The position numbers and the translations under genes are program-made. Source: Patescibacteria group bacterium (GTDB lineage Bacteria > Patescibacteriota > Patescibacteriia > Patescibacteriales > UBA12465). From it: a stretch of 64,000 nucleotides of DNA. Under the pieces are notes generated by a model. That model was not told the origin of the DNA. It did not search any database and saw only the letters and a program-made list of their open reading frames with translations. The stretch is taken from assembly GCA_041664445.1 (NCBI GenBank), contig JBAYKT010000006.1:8058-72057 (forward strand). The letters run 5' to 3'. Positions 17,456 through 26,126 of this stretch are shown in pieces (positions within the stretch are counted from its first letter, which is position 1; every line of letters starts with the position of its first letter).

Positions 17456-18607
17456 CTAGGAACGCTTGAGCCCACGAGTCTGTTTACTGATATTAACTAA
17501 AATTCCCATAGCAATCAAGGCTGATAAAATAGCCGAGCCGCCGGCAGAAATAAAAGGTAAGGGCACGCCGGTCATCGGAATCAGATTAATCATGCCACCG
17601 ATATTCAAAAAAGTCTGAACCGCCAACCACACTACAATTCCGGTGGCCAAAGTCTGGCCATACAAATCAGGGGCGGCGGAAGCAATCATTAAACCGCGAT
17701 AAAAAATAAACAAGAAAAGCAATAATAATAAGGAGCTAAAGATAAAACCCATCTCCTCAGAAGCAATTGAGAAAATTGAATCGCCCCAAACTTCCGGCAA
17801 ATACATAAACTTTTGACGACTTTGTCCTAAACCGCGACCAAGCCAACCACCAGAACCAACAGCAATCAATGATTGGTTAATCTGATAACATTTATCTTGG
17901 GCGCTATAACTAGGGTCCTTCAAACATTTAAAACGGTCGCTTTGATAAGACGACTTCATGCTTAGCATTAAAAAAAGCAATAATCCGGCAAATACCACTA
18001 CTAAAAAAATGTGTTTTATTTTGCCACCGCCGACAAAAAATACCATCATGGCAGTAAAGGCAATAATAAATAAAGTGCCTAAATCCGGTTGCGCCAACAT
18101 CAACAAGCTAATGATTCCCAGAATAAACAAAAAAGGAACGATGCCGCCGGAAAAGCTATTCAAATCGCCTTTCTTAGCCTCTAACCAAGTCGCCAAATAA
18201 ATTAAGAAGGATAATTTCACCAACTCGGCTGGCTGGAAAGAGTGGCCAAAAAGATTAATCCAGCTGCGAGCTGTTCCGTATTCCGACCTAATGCCGGGAA
18301 TAAACACCAGCGTTAACAGCACAATAGAAAAAATCAAAAATAGAAATGCGTATTTGCGCCAAACTCGATAATCAATTTTAGAGACAATAAAAAAAGCGGC
18401 TAAACCAATGGCAATCGCGGTTAACTGATTAAGAAAATAGAAATAGGTATTGCCATAGCGAGCATAAGAAACAACCGAGGAGGCGCTGAATAAAAGAACC
18501 AAGCCAAAAATTAATAAAACCATAACGGCAGCAATCAAGCTTTTATCGGGTTCATGTTCTCCTGATCGCAGAGAAAGAAATCTTTTTTTCAAAGCAGATA
18601 ACTTCAT
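17456..18607 (-). CDS. ftsW: SEDS-family peptidoglycan polymerase FtsW/RodA (FtsW by context)
   Basis: Polytopic membrane protein with SEDS motifs (PAELVKL, GGWLGRGLGQS, PVTGVPLPFISAGGSA). Lies between mraY and murG. Its ATG overlaps the mraY stop (ATGA). Confidence 0.8.
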   Translation of the reverse strand: MKLSALKKRFLSLRSGEHEPDKSLIAAVMVLLIFGLVLLFSASSVVSYARYGNTYFYFLNQLTAIAIGLAAFFIVSKIDYRVWRKYAFLFLIFSIVLLTLVFIPGIRSEYGTARSWINLFGHSFQPAELVKLSFLIYLATWLEAKKGDLNSFSGGIVPFLFILGIISLLMLAQPDLGTLFIIAFTAMMVFFVGGGKIKHIFLVVVFAGLLLFLMLSMKSSYQSDRFKCLKDPSYSAQDKCYQINQSLIAVGSGGWLGRGLGQSRQKFMYLPEVWGDSIFSIASEEMGFIFSSLLLLLFLFIFYRGLMIASAAPDLYGQTLATGIVVWLAVQTFLNIGGMINLIPMTGVPLPFISAGGSAILSALIAMGILVNISKQTRGLKRS

Positions 18608-19650
18608 ATCTGCTTATCTAGAAGAAAAATAATCAGCCCCATAACAGCGCCTAGGCCGGCAATTACCCAAAATCTCATAACTACCTTGGATTCCGTCCAG
18701 CCGATAGCCTGGAAATGATGATGAATAGGCGAAGATATAAAAACTTTTTTATGGCGCAAGCGTTTAGAAAGCGTTTGAATAATTACGGAAAGTGATTCTA
18801 ATAAAAAGATTAAACCAATAAAGACCAGGAGCAAGGCGTTATTAGTTAACATGGCAATAATGCCCAAGGTAACACCTAGACTCATGGCGCCCGTGTCACC
18901 CATATAAAATCGCGCCGGCGGAATATTAAACCACAGGAAAGCCAGCAAGGCGCCAATAATAACCGCGCAAAAGGTTGCTAAATCATAGCGCCCCATCACA
19001 AAAGCAATCACGCCATAAGAGGCAAAGGCAATCAACAGAGTTCCACCCGCCAGACCATCAAGACCGTCAGTTTCATTTACCGAAAAAGAAGTGGCAACAA
19101 TGATAAAAATAAAAATAGGAATATACCAGGCACCAATTTCAAAATTACCAAAAAATGGCACATGCATCACGGTCCAATCAAGCTTAAAATAAAACCATAA
19201 GGCACCGATTAGAGCGATGAGCGCGTAGATAAGCAAGCGATGGCGTAACTTTAAACCGCCGCCGCCAAAAACACCCTTATCTCTGACATCCAGCCAATCA
19301 TCAATTAAACCAATAATAGCGGTGGCCACTAAGGCTCCTAAGGGCAACAGCGTTTCCGCTCGAGATAAAAAATTAAATTTCTGAAAAACACCTCCGGGGA
19401 ATAACTCTGACAAAAGATAAAAAAACCCAATTAAGATTAGGGCTGTCCCCCAAATTAAAACTCCACCCATGGTCGGAGTCCCTGCCTTATGCGCATGAAG
19501 CTCGCTAAAAATTGGGGTAGAGCCGCTGTTTCTAATCTTTTTTCCTAATTTATATTTATATAAAAAGTGGGTGAGGAGCGGCGTCGCTAAAACAGCAAAC
19601 ACGAAAGAAAGGGTTGAAAAGAAGAGAATCCTGATAATTTGGTATTCCAT
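18604..19650 (-). CDS. mraY: phospho-N-acetylmuramoyl-pentapeptide transferase
   Basis: GTPTMGG, NETDGLDGLAGG, FYMGDTGAMSLG and PIHHHF motifs are all canonical MraY. Confidence 0.95.
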   Translation of the reverse strand: MEYQIIRILFFSTLSFVFAVLATPLLTHFLYKYKLGKKIRNSGSTPIFSELHAHKAGTPTMGGVLIWGTALILIGFFYLLSELFPGGVFQKFNFLSRAETLLPLGALVATAIIGLIDDWLDVRDKGVFGGGGLKLRHRLLIYALIALIGALWFYFKLDWTVMHVPFFGNFEIGAWYIPIFIFIIVATSFSVNETDGLDGLAGGTLLIAFASYGVIAFVMGRYDLATFCAVIIGALLAFLWFNIPPARFYMGDTGAMSLGVTLGIIAMLTNNALLLVFIGLIFLLESLSVIIQTLSKRLRHKKVFISSPIHHHFQAIGWTESKVVMRFWVIAGLGAVMGLIIFLLDKQI

Positions 19651-19660
19651 AGTCAGTATT

Positions 19661-20074
19661 TTATCTAAAATTTATAAAATTAAGAGCCAAAAGGGCTAAA
19701 CTCAAGAAAACAGCAAAGGCTACGGCCGCTCCCAACAAAAAATGAATTATCAGCCTGGTTTCCTGGCGTCTGGCTAAGACAGCGGCTAAAATGACATTAA
19801 TAATAGCTACGCCTAAACCAAACAGTGGGTAATAAAAAATTGATTGCGGACGGCCAATCAAGTCAACACCAAAATCAATATTATAATGCAAAATTGTAAA
19901 ATCGCCCGTTAAACGACGATAAATGGCGATGGTTTGCAGCCAAGCCAGGGCCTGCAAAAAAATAATGAGCCCTGCATAAATCTTGGTAAAATTAAATTTA
20001 AAAATACGCTTAAAAGCTGCCCCGGAAAGTTGCAAAAAAGTATAAAAACGAGCGTAAAAATTAGAATAATTCAT
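19661..20074 (-). CDS. hypothetical membrane protein upstream of mraY
   Basis: 137 aa with 3-4 hydrophobic helices and no recognised motif. Co-directional with mraY, 10 nt away. Confidence 0.5.
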   Translation of the reverse strand: MNYSNFYARFYTFLQLSGAAFKRIFKFNFTKIYAGLIIFLQALAWLQTIAIYRRLTGDFTILHYNIDFGVDLIGRPQSIFYYPLFGLGVAIINVILAAVLARRQETRLIIHFLLGAAVAFAVFLSLALLALNFINFR

Positions 20075-20156
20075 AGAAAAAACGAGATAATTATATCTTA
20101 ATTATTAGCTTAACATATTTTTAAAATAATATAAAATATGCTAACATAATAGCATT

Positions 20157-21161
20157 ATGATAAATAAAACTTTCAGTGGCTTATTTAATTTTGCCAAACA
20201 GGAAAAAGCGGAAAGAATTGTAATTTCCGGGTCAGAAAAAGGCCATTCTTGTCGTTGCCATCTTCCGGACGGCGAAGAAGCAGTCTTTAATCTGCCTAAA
20301 AAATTGGAAAACGACCTAGCCGAAAATTTACGCGCTCTGTTAAAAATTGCTCCTGGAGAACTGGCGACCGAAAAATATTGCCAGTGGCGCGATAAAAATA
20401 ATGATTTAAATTTCAAGCTCAGTATAATTCCGGATAAATTCGGGGAAAAAATAATTATTAGTATTATCCAGGAAGATAAAGAATTTTTAAGCTTAAACCA
20501 ACTGGGCTGGCAAAAAAATGATTTGGAGTTATTAAAAAATATCAGCCGCTCGGGTTCCGGATTGATTATTGTGAGCTCGCCCGAAAGACAAGGACGCAGC
20601 ACCACTCTTCAAGCTATCTTAAGCGACCTTAATCAAGAAAATAAAAACATTTACTTTCTGGGAAATGACGAATTTAATATTCAAGGAATAAATTTTTTAG
20701 AAAACACTTCAGAAAATTGGAATCGAATTTTGGGGCACGATTCGGACATTATTGCCCTGGAGATTAAAGAGGATGATCCAGAAAGCATCAAGCGCGCAAT
20801 TATGGCCGCCAGTACCGGACGTTTAGTGCTGGTCTCGCTTAAATCCGTCAATGCCTTGCAGGCTCTTTATCAAATTTTAAAAAGCGGTCTGCCCTTGAAA
20901 TTAATTTTGGATAATCTTAAGATAATAAGCGGCCAGGAACTGGCGGCTTTAAAAAGAAAAACAGCTAAAGCCAAGAGAAAATACATTGGCATTTTCGAAA
21001 CTTTCGTTCCCCGCTCGGAGACTATCAGCTTCATTAGCAAAAACCACAAAAAATTAGCAACTGCTAAATTTTGGGAGGATTTTTTCCAAGTAGCCAGTGA
21101 TAATGGTTATCAGCCGTTAATCGTCGATAAAAATCAAAAGAAAAAAGACGGACTAGTTTAA
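20157..21161 (+). CDS. PilB/GspE-family secretion-ATPase homolog with degenerate catalytic motifs (probable pseudo-ATPase)
   Basis: The segment GLIIVSSPERQGRSTTLQAIL...DSDIIALEIKED...AASTGRLVLVSLKS is colinear with GxxLVTGPTGSGKTTTLYAxL...DPDVIMVGEIRD...AAxTGHLVLSTLHT of type II/IV secretion ATPases. The Walker A Gly/Lys and the His-box His are replaced. Confidence 0.6.
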   Translation: MINKTFSGLFNFAKQEKAERIVISGSEKGHSCRCHLPDGEEAVFNLPKKLENDLAENLRALLKIAPGELATEKYCQWRDKNNDLNFKLSIIPDKFGEKIIISIIQEDKEFLSLNQLGWQKNDLELLKNISRSGSGLIIVSSPERQGRSTTLQAILSDLNQENKNIYFLGNDEFNIQGINFLENTSENWNRILGHDSDIIALEIKEDDPESIKRAIMAASTGRLVLVSLKSVNALQALYQILKSGLPLKLILDNLKIISGQELAALKRKTAKAKRKYIGIFETFVPRSETISFISKNHKKLATAKFWEDFFQVASDNGYQPLIVDKNQKKKDGLV

Positions 21162-21166
21162 AAATA

Positions 21167-21829
21167 ATGAAAAAAATCTGCATCATCCCGGCCTATAACG
21201 AAGCCAAAAATATTAGCGAAGTAATCAAGCGTGTTCGGCCTTTTGTTGACGAAATCGTGGTAATTGACGACGGCTCGCAAGATGAAATGGCAATTATCGC
21301 CAAACAAGCTGGTGCGACTGTTTTAAGGCACGCTGTTAATCGCGGGCAAGGAGCCGCTTTACAAACCGGGAACGAATATGCGCTCTTACAGGGCGCCGAT
21401 ATTATTATCCATTTTGACGCCGATAATCAATTTCAAGCCGAAGAAATTCCGGACTTAATCGTTCCCATTGAATCGGGCCAAGCGGAAGCAGTTTTGGGTT
21501 CGCGCTTTTTATCAAAAAAATCTAATTTACCAGCTTTTAAAAAGCAGGTAATTATGCCTCTTGCTCGCCTGATTAACCGCTGGCTGTTTAATATTCGTCT
21601 TAGTGACCCGCAAAGCGGTTTTCGTGTCCTAAGTCGGAGTGCGGCGGAAAAGATAATTATTACCAATGACCGGATGGCGCATTGTAGTGAAATTTTGCAT
21701 CAATTATTTAAAAATAAAATAAAAACTATAGAAATTCCGATTACCGTTATTTATCATGAATTTGGCCAAAAATTTTCTGGCGGGGTTCGAATTATAAAGG
21801 ACTTGGCGATTAAAAGAATTATCAAATAA
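21167..21829 (+). CDS. family 2 glycosyltransferase (polyprenyl-phosphate sugar synthase-like)
   Basis: IIPAYNEAKNI, VIDDGSQD, NRGQGAALQTG and DAD motifs are typical of the GT2/DPM1-like family. Confidence 0.85.
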   Translation: MKKICIIPAYNEAKNISEVIKRVRPFVDEIVVIDDGSQDEMAIIAKQAGATVLRHAVNRGQGAALQTGNEYALLQGADIIIHFDADNQFQAEEIPDLIVPIESGQAEAVLGSRFLSKKSNLPAFKKQVIMPLARLINRWLFNIRLSDPQSGFRVLSRSAAEKIIITNDRMAHCSEILHQLFKNKIKTIEIPITVIYHEFGQKFSGGVRIIKDLAIKRIIK

Positions 21830-21857
21830 AAAAGGCTCTTTAAAAAAGAGCCCTTTT
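21828..21857. terminator. bidirectional intrinsic terminator between convergent genes
   Basis: The GGCTCTTT / AAAGAGCC stem is flanked by an A-run upstream and a T-run downstream. Confidence 0.7.
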
Positions 21858-21873
21858 CAGTGCCCAAGAGCTG

Positions 21874-22368
21874 TTAGCCAGCGATAATCGGCACTAAGAT
21901 TTTTTCAATCAGGAGCACCCCAAAAGTCATTACCAGGAATTTGATTCCCAAACAACGATTAATGAAGTCATGAAGTTCCATCATTTCCGCAGCCTGTTCC
22001 GATGTATGCTGTTTTTTCCAGAAGAGATTCATGGCTGTCCAGGCACTAGTAACGGTCAGCAGACCAAAAATAGCAAAAGCGAACCATAAAATACCGCCAG
22101 ACATTCCCTGTAAATCCCAAAGGAATAAACCGATTATTGTTAATAACCAAGCATCGAAGGAAAATGAAAAAACCTTTCTCAGTTTTTCCATCAGATAAGT
22201 CAGCACAACCGCGATAATAGCAATAGCCAGCAGAATGCCAGCAACAACTTCGTCGCTGATATGTAAACGAGAACCCTGAGTAATCAGAATAAATCTGATA
22301 AGCGCAAATACTCCCAGGAAGAAGAGGCTCATTCCGAGCTCTTTCAACCAATTTGATTTCTGTTTCAT
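21874..22368 (-). CDS. hypothetical integral membrane protein
   Basis: 164 aa with about 5 hydrophobic helices and no recognised motif. Confidence 0.5.
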   Translation of the reverse strand: MKQKSNWLKELGMSLFFLGVFALIRFILITQGSRLHISDEVVAGILLAIAIIAVVLTYLMEKLRKVFSFSFDAWLLTIIGLFLWDLQGMSGGILWFAFAIFGLLTVTSAWTAMNLFWKKQHTSEQAAEMMELHDFINRCLGIKFLVMTFGVLLIEKILVPIIAG

Positions 22369-22508
22369 TTGAAAAAAATTTTAAATTATATATTGTAAAT
22401 GTACGATAAACGCCTCTGTCTGCTTAATAAATACGCAAAAATTGGCAAATCATCCTAATTTATCATTAATTCTAAATACTGTCAATAATTAATAATTCCC
22501 CTAAAAAT

Positions 22509-22868
22509 ATGCTGCAACAAATCATTGCTCTCGCCCTTATCGCCATTTTTATCTGGCGCCTGAGCGAGCAAAAGAAGAAGAAAAAGATTGGCCAAAATGA
22601 ATTTATTTTCTGGCTCGCTTTCTGGCTTTTGGGTGTGGTGGCAATTATTTTGATTAAACAATTGGACCGCTTAGTTGGCGCTCTCGGCTTCTCTGGTTCC
22701 GGTATTAACTTCCTGCTCTATTTGACAGTGATGATTTTGTTTTATATGGTTTTTAAGCTCCGCCTAGCCCTCGCTAAAATGGATGCTAATTTAACGAGTG
22801 TTGTGAGAAAAATTGCGCTTTTAGAAAATAGCGACCCTAATAATAAAGACCCGGAGCCCCAAAAATAA
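22509..22868 (+). CDS. small membrane protein, DUF2304-like (commonly found beside GT2 genes)
   Basis: 119 aa: a TM helix, a KKKKK patch, two more TM helices and an amphipathic C-terminus. The DUF2304 resemblance is from memory only. Confidence 0.4.
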   Translation: MLQQIIALALIAIFIWRLSEQKKKKKIGQNEFIFWLAFWLLGVVAIILIKQLDRLVGALGFSGSGINFLLYLTVMILFYMVFKLRLALAKMDANLTSVVRKIALLENSDPNNKDPEPQK

Positions 22869-22871
22869 TTT

Positions 22872-24011
22872 ATGAAAATTGCCCAGATAGTCTGTGCTTA
22901 TCCGCCCTATGCCGGTGGCATCGGCAACAGCGCTTACCGTTTCCACGAGCTGTTAAGCGTTAAGCATGACATTGTTAATTTTACGCCTGATAACACACGG
23001 CCGTTTTTACGACGCGGGCATGGCGCAGTTTTGCCCCAACTCTTATGGAAGCTGCGGAAATTTGATTATATCTATTTGCATTATCCCTTTTTCGGTACGG
23101 CGGAAATTGTCTGGCTTTTTAAAATTTTTTGCAAGCGGCCAAAACTGATTATCCAATATCATATGGATGTTAAAAATCAATCTTCAGCCGCTAAAATTTT
23201 AAGCCTACCAAGCCGCCTAATTAGAGACTCTCTTTTCAATAAAGCCGAGGTTATCGTCAGCTCCAGCCTAGATTATGTTAAACATGGCCAATTAAAAAAA
23301 TACTATGAATCCCACATGGAAAAGTTCCAAGAGATTCCCTTTGGGATAGATTTGCAAAAATTCCAACCAAATCCCATTAGCCAACCAAGCGCCAATAACC
23401 TAATCGCGAAAGTCAAAAATATTGTTAAGCATATTAATGATTTATTTATCAAAAAAGACCGCTTGGATTTAATTTTTATCGGTGGCTTAGATAAGGCTCA
23501 TTACTTCAAGGGAGTAAGTGTTCTACTCAATTCCCTACCAAGTTTAGACCAAAGAAAATGGAACTTAAAAATTGTCGGCGATGGTGACTTGCGTCCGGAA
23601 TACGAAAATTTGGCCGCTCGCCTTAATCTGAATAAACGCGTAGAATTCGCCGGCAAGCTCAGCGATGCGCAAATGATTAAAGCCTTACAAAATTCCGACC
23701 TATTAATTTTACCGTCAGTCAACAATAACGAAGCTTTCGGCCTCGTCTTAATTGAAGCGCTGGCTTGCGGTGTCCCAGTTATCGCTTCCGACCTCCCCGG
23801 AGTCAGAAAAGTATTTGCCGACAAGCGTGAAGGCTTGCTGGTTATTCCCGGAAGCGTTGAAGATTTAAATCGTAAATTAGAATTCGTTCTAAAAAATGAA
23901 GGTTTGCGACAAGAGATGGCTAAGGCGGCGCGGCGCTTAGCTATCCGAAAATATGATCAAGAGCTGATGAAACAAAAATATGAAAATCTGTTTGCTGAAC
24001 AATCTCTATAA
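22872..24011 (+). CDS. family 4 (GT-B) glycosyltransferase
   Basis: N-terminal YPPYAGGIGN. C-terminal EAFGLVLIEALACGVPVIASDLPG is the E(x7)E-type GT4 signature. Confidence 0.8.
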   Translation: MKIAQIVCAYPPYAGGIGNSAYRFHELLSVKHDIVNFTPDNTRPFLRRGHGAVLPQLLWKLRKFDYIYLHYPFFGTAEIVWLFKIFCKRPKLIIQYHMDVKNQSSAAKILSLPSRLIRDSLFNKAEVIVSSSLDYVKHGQLKKYYESHMEKFQEIPFGIDLQKFQPNPISQPSANNLIAKVKNIVKHINDLFIKKDRLDLIFIGGLDKAHYFKGVSVLLNSLPSLDQRKWNLKIVGDGDLRPEYENLAARLNLNKRVEFAGKLSDAQMIKALQNSDLLILPSVNNNEAFGLVLIEALACGVPVIASDLPGVRKVFADKREGLLVIPGSVEDLNRKLEFVLKNEGLRQEMAKAARRLAIRKYDQELMKQKYENLFAEQSL

Positions 24012-25032
24012 GCCCTATAACCGCGGCGGGGCGGAAAATGTCGCCGCGGCCATGATTGAATCATATCAAGGCACCGGCCATGAGGTCTTTTTGATTACTA
24101 CCAGGCCAAATAATCTTGATTTAGGAGAAAATAAAGATTGCCGAACTTTTTATATTAATTCCGAATTTTATAACTTAAACAAAAAATCGAAATTAGTACG
24201 TCTATTTTGGCATTTTTATAATTTACGCGCGACCAAAAAATATCACGCGCTCAAAAAAATATTACAAACCGAAAAACCTGACCTAGTAATTTCACATAAT
24301 TTAATGGGCCTGGATTTTAAAATCGCGCAGGCTATCAAAGAATTAAAAATTGAACACCATCATTTTTTACACGACATCCAACTACTACATCCTTCAGGAC
24401 TAATAATTTATGGGAATGAAAATATTGTTAATAGTTTAAGTGCCAAACTTTACCAAAAAATAACCAGACTCTTTCTGGGCTCGCCTGATTTAATTATTTC
24501 TCCTTCCCGCTGGCTCTTAGAGGAGCACTTAAAGCGCGGATTTTTTAAAAACTCAAAAACAGAAATTCAGAAACTGGAAAATATTTTAAATATTAAATTA
24601 TCGATAGTGGCAAATACAAATCATCCGCCATTTAAACGTTTGCTATTTGTCGGGCAACTGGAAAAACACAAAGGCCTTCTCTTTTTGCTTGACGCTTTTA
24701 AAAAACTGGCGACCGCTGAGATGACGCTCACAATTGGTGGCGACGGGTCACTGTTAAAAACCGCGCAAAACCTGGCTCAAGCTGATAAGCGAATACACGT
24801 CTTAGGGCGCCTAAACCCAGAGGATTTAAAAAAAACATTCCAAGAAACAGACGTACTGATTATGCCTTCGCTCTGCTACGAAAATTATCCGTTAATCATT
24901 ATTGAAGCGCGGCAAGCGGGCCTGCCCGTCATTGCCGCTAATCTCGGCGGCATTCCGGAAGCGCTAGGAAATGGCGGCCGACTTTTTAAACCGGGTGATG
25001 CCAACGATTTATTTAAAAAAATAAACGAATAA
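23980..25032 (+). CDS. family 4 (GT-B) glycosyltransferase
   Basis: YKPYNRGGAENV at the N-terminus. ENYPLIIIEARQAGLPVIAANLGG is the GT4 signature. Overlaps the upstream GT4 gene by 32 nt. Confidence 0.8.
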   Translation: MKICLLNNLYKPYNRGGAENVAAAMIESYQGTGHEVFLITTRPNNLDLGENKDCRTFYINSEFYNLNKKSKLVRLFWHFYNLRATKKYHALKKILQTEKPDLVISHNLMGLDFKIAQAIKELKIEHHHFLHDIQLLHPSGLIIYGNENIVNSLSAKLYQKITRLFLGSPDLIISPSRWLLEEHLKRGFFKNSKTEIQKLENILNIKLSIVANTNHPPFKRLLFVGQLEKHKGLLFLLDAFKKLATAEMTLTIGGDGSLLKTAQNLAQADKRIHVLGRLNPEDLKKTFQETDVLIMPSLCYENYPLIIIEARQAGLPVIAANLGGIPEALGNGGRLFKPGDANDLFKKINE

Positions 25033-25043
25033 AATATAAAAAT

Positions 25044-25075
25044 AAAAAATCGGACATTAGAGTCCGATTTTTTTA
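25044..25075. terminator. bidirectional intrinsic terminator
   Basis: The AATCGGAC / GTCCGATT stem has A-run and T-run flanks. It lies between convergent GT4 (+) and UXS-like (-) genes. Confidence 0.75.
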
Positions 25076-25094
25076 TATCTTATAATCCTCCAAG

Positions 25095-26120
25095 TTAATA
25101 GCTTCCGAACCCCTGCAGTTTCTTTTGCGCCTTAACATCAAAAATTGTCTTGCGCAAACCATTCTCCAGCGTAACGACTGGCATCCAACCAAGTTCATTG
25201 CGGGCCAACTTAATATCCGGCAAAATTAATTCAGTCATAAATACTAGATTTTCCCCATGAACAATTTTAGACTTTGACCCTGTTTCATTAATTATAATTT
25301 GCGCTAAATCAACCAATTTACAATCAATATCAGAACCAATATTAATCGGGCCGGCAATATCGGTTGTCATCACTTTAGAAACCGCGTCTAACAAATCTTC
25401 AATATAGCAGAAAGAAGAAGAAAAATTCTCGTCACCATTAATTACTAAGTCTTTATCCTCCAGGGCATTATTAATAAAATCAGGAATCATCTGGCCATCG
25501 TTTGATTCCATGCGCGGGCCATAAATTCTGAACACTCTGATTATTTTAGTATCGAGCTGATAAATTTCGCGATAGGCGGCAACCAGTGTTTCTGAAAAAC
25601 GCTTGCCCTCATCATAAGAAGCGCGAGTGGAAAGCTGGTCAACTACTCCCGGGTCTGATTCACGCGCCTTAAACTCCGGATTATCGGAACGGCGGGGACC
25701 ATAAACGACCGAGGAAGAAAAATGCAAGAACTTAGCATTATGGATTAAGGCTAAATCCAATAAATTTTTAACGACCGAGGAATTAGCTTCCAGCGTTGCC
25801 AGGCGATTATTTAAAAAATTACGCGGCGACATCGGACAGGCTAAATTATAAATCTCTTGAATGCCCTGAAATTCAACCTTAAACTTTTTTAACTCATTAA
25901 CTTCCGCCAAATCAAGCGGCTTGGATAAATCGTGATTAATAAAAACAAAGTTGGGATTAGCTAATAAATGGTCAATATTCCGCTCACTGCCGGAAATAAA
26001 ATCATCAATGCAAATAACCTTGCAGGTCTTAATTAATTCATCGCAAAGATGGGAGCCAATAAAACCGGCGCCACCGGCGACTAGCACATTCTTTTTATCA
26101 AAGATAATTTTCTTAGGCAT
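25095..26120 (-). CDS. NAD-dependent sugar-nucleotide epimerase/dehydratase, UDP-glucuronate decarboxylase (UXS)-like
   Basis: VLVAGGAGFIGSHLCDEL (GxxGxxG) and the catalytic YDEGKR motif match the UXS subfamily of extended SDRs. Confidence 0.75.
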   Translation of the reverse strand: MPKKIIFDKKNVLVAGGAGFIGSHLCDELIKTCKVICIDDFISGSERNIDHLLANPNFVFINHDLSKPLDLAEVNELKKFKVEFQGIQEIYNLACPMSPRNFLNNRLATLEANSSVVKNLLDLALIHNAKFLHFSSSVVYGPRRSDNPEFKARESDPGVVDQLSTRASYDEGKRFSETLVAAYREIYQLDTKIIRVFRIYGPRMESNDGQMIPDFINNALEDKDLVINGDENFSSSFCYIEDLLDAVSKVMTTDIAGPINIGSDIDCKLVDLAQIIINETGSKSKIVHGENLVFMTELILPDIKLARNELGWMPVVTLENGLRKTIFDVKAQKKLQGFGSY

Positions 26121-26126
26121 ATATGA

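Noticed and set aside
20141-20605. 154-aa minus-strand ORF overlapping the 5' half of the PilB-like gene
   Set aside because: It is entirely antisense to a plus-strand ORF that has recognisable family similarity. Its translation is low-complexity and Ser/Leu/Phe-rich, with no motif. This is the typical shadow ORF of an AT-rich gene.
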